Shown here: piece after piece, positions 62,885 to 64,000 of the stretch
Layout of the letters: every line of letters begins with the position of its first letter
Numbering within the stretch: position 1 is the first letter of the stretch
Origin: Bugula neritina
Taxonomy: Eukaryota > Animalia > Bryozoa
Assembly: GCA_964035545.1 (NCBI GenBank)
Contig: OZ037765.1
Span: forward strand, 3,534,001 to 3,598,000
DNA: 64,000 nucleotides
Direction of reading: 5' to 3'
Program-made: the position numbers and the translations under genes
Notes under the pieces: generated by a model
The model's input: only the letters and a program-made list of their open reading frames with translations
The model's database searches: none
Told to the model about the DNA's origin: nothing

Positions 62885-64000
62885 AAGTATATAATAGTAA
62901 GTAATTGAGTATATAATATAATAGTAAGTAATTGAGTATATAATATAATAGTAAGTAATTGAGTATATAATATAATAGTAAGTAGTTGAGTATATAATAT
63001 AATAGTAAGTAATTGAGTATATAATATAATAGTAAGTAATTGAGTATATAATATAATAGTAAGTAATTTAGTATATAATATAATAGTAAGTAATTGAGTA
63101 TATAATATAATAGTAAGTAATTGAGTATATAATATAATAGTAAGTAATTGAGTATATAATATAATGGTAAGTGATTGAGTATATAATATAATAGTAAGTA
63201 ATTTAGTATATAATATAATAGTAAGTGATTGAGTATATAATATAATAGTAAGTAATTGAGTATATAATATAATAGTAAGTAATTGAGTATATAATATAAT
63301 AGTAAGTGATTGAGTATATAATATAATAGTAAGTAGTTGAGTATATAATATAATAGTAAGTAATTGAGTATATAATATAATAGTAAGTAATTGAGTATAT
63401 AATATAATAGTAAGTAATTGAGTATATAATATAATAGTAAGTAAGTGAGTATATAATATAATAGTAAGTAATTGAGTATATAATATAATAGTAAGTAATT
63501 GAGTATATAATATAATAGTAAGTAATTGAGTATATAATATAACAGTAAGTAATTTAGTATATAATATAATAGTAAGTAATTGAGTATATAATATAATAGT
63601 AAGTAATTGAGTATATAATATAATAGTAAGTAATTTAGTATATAATATAATAGTAAGTGATTGAGTATATAATATAATAGTAAGTAATTGAGTATATAAT
63701 ATAATAGTAAGTAATTGAGTATATAATATAATAGTAAGTAATGGAGTATATAATATAATAGTAAGTAAGTGAGTATATAATATAATAGTAAGTAATTGAG
63801 TATATAATATAATAGTAAGTAATTGAGTATATAATATAATAGTAAGTAATTGAGTATATAATATAATAGTAAGTAAGTGAGTATATAATATAATAGTAAG
63901 TAATTGAGTATATAATATAATAGTAAGTAATTTAGTATATAATATAATAGTAAGTAATTGAGTATATAATATAATAGTAAGTAATTGAGTATATAATATA
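62885..64000. repeat. 27-bp AT-rich minisatellite, >40 copies, truncated by the window end, in a MAN1 intron
   Basis: Unit TATATAATATAATAGTAAGTAATTGAG. Confidence 0.98.

Overview
AT-rich, intron-rich eukaryotic DNA from an invertebrate animal (probably a lophotrochozoan; inference only). Six spliced genes could be reconstructed by hand with consistent intron phases: (1) a secreted single-domain C-type lectin (+, 633-1916); (2) a ~1295-aa LRR-Roc(GTPase)-COR-caspase fusion (+, ~4615-13656); (3) an Mpv17/PMP22-family gene (+, 15791-16917); (4) NFAT5 (-, 33369-18795); (5) ESRP/fusilli (+, 40317-55578), which has a U12-type minor intron; and (6) the 3' half of MAN1/LEMD3 (-, 62875-58092). Non-coding features include a 1.8-kb non-autonomous hAT-type transposon (14-bp TIRs, 8-bp TSD), two tRNA-derived SINE fragments, a 153-bp foldback element, a 282-bp tandem duplication and several minisatellites. 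The standout is the Roco-caspase gene. Variable, symmetric two-LRR cassette exons are joined to an intronless Roc-COR switch and a caspase-2/9-like protease with an unusual HACSG active site, making it a candidate single-chain sensor-switch-executioner immune or cell-death receptor. A second theme is that tandem repeats repeatedly abut or contain splice junctions; one 24-bp array duplicates the MAN1 3' splice site in frame about 20 times. Homology calls come from motif recognition and memory, not from database searches.
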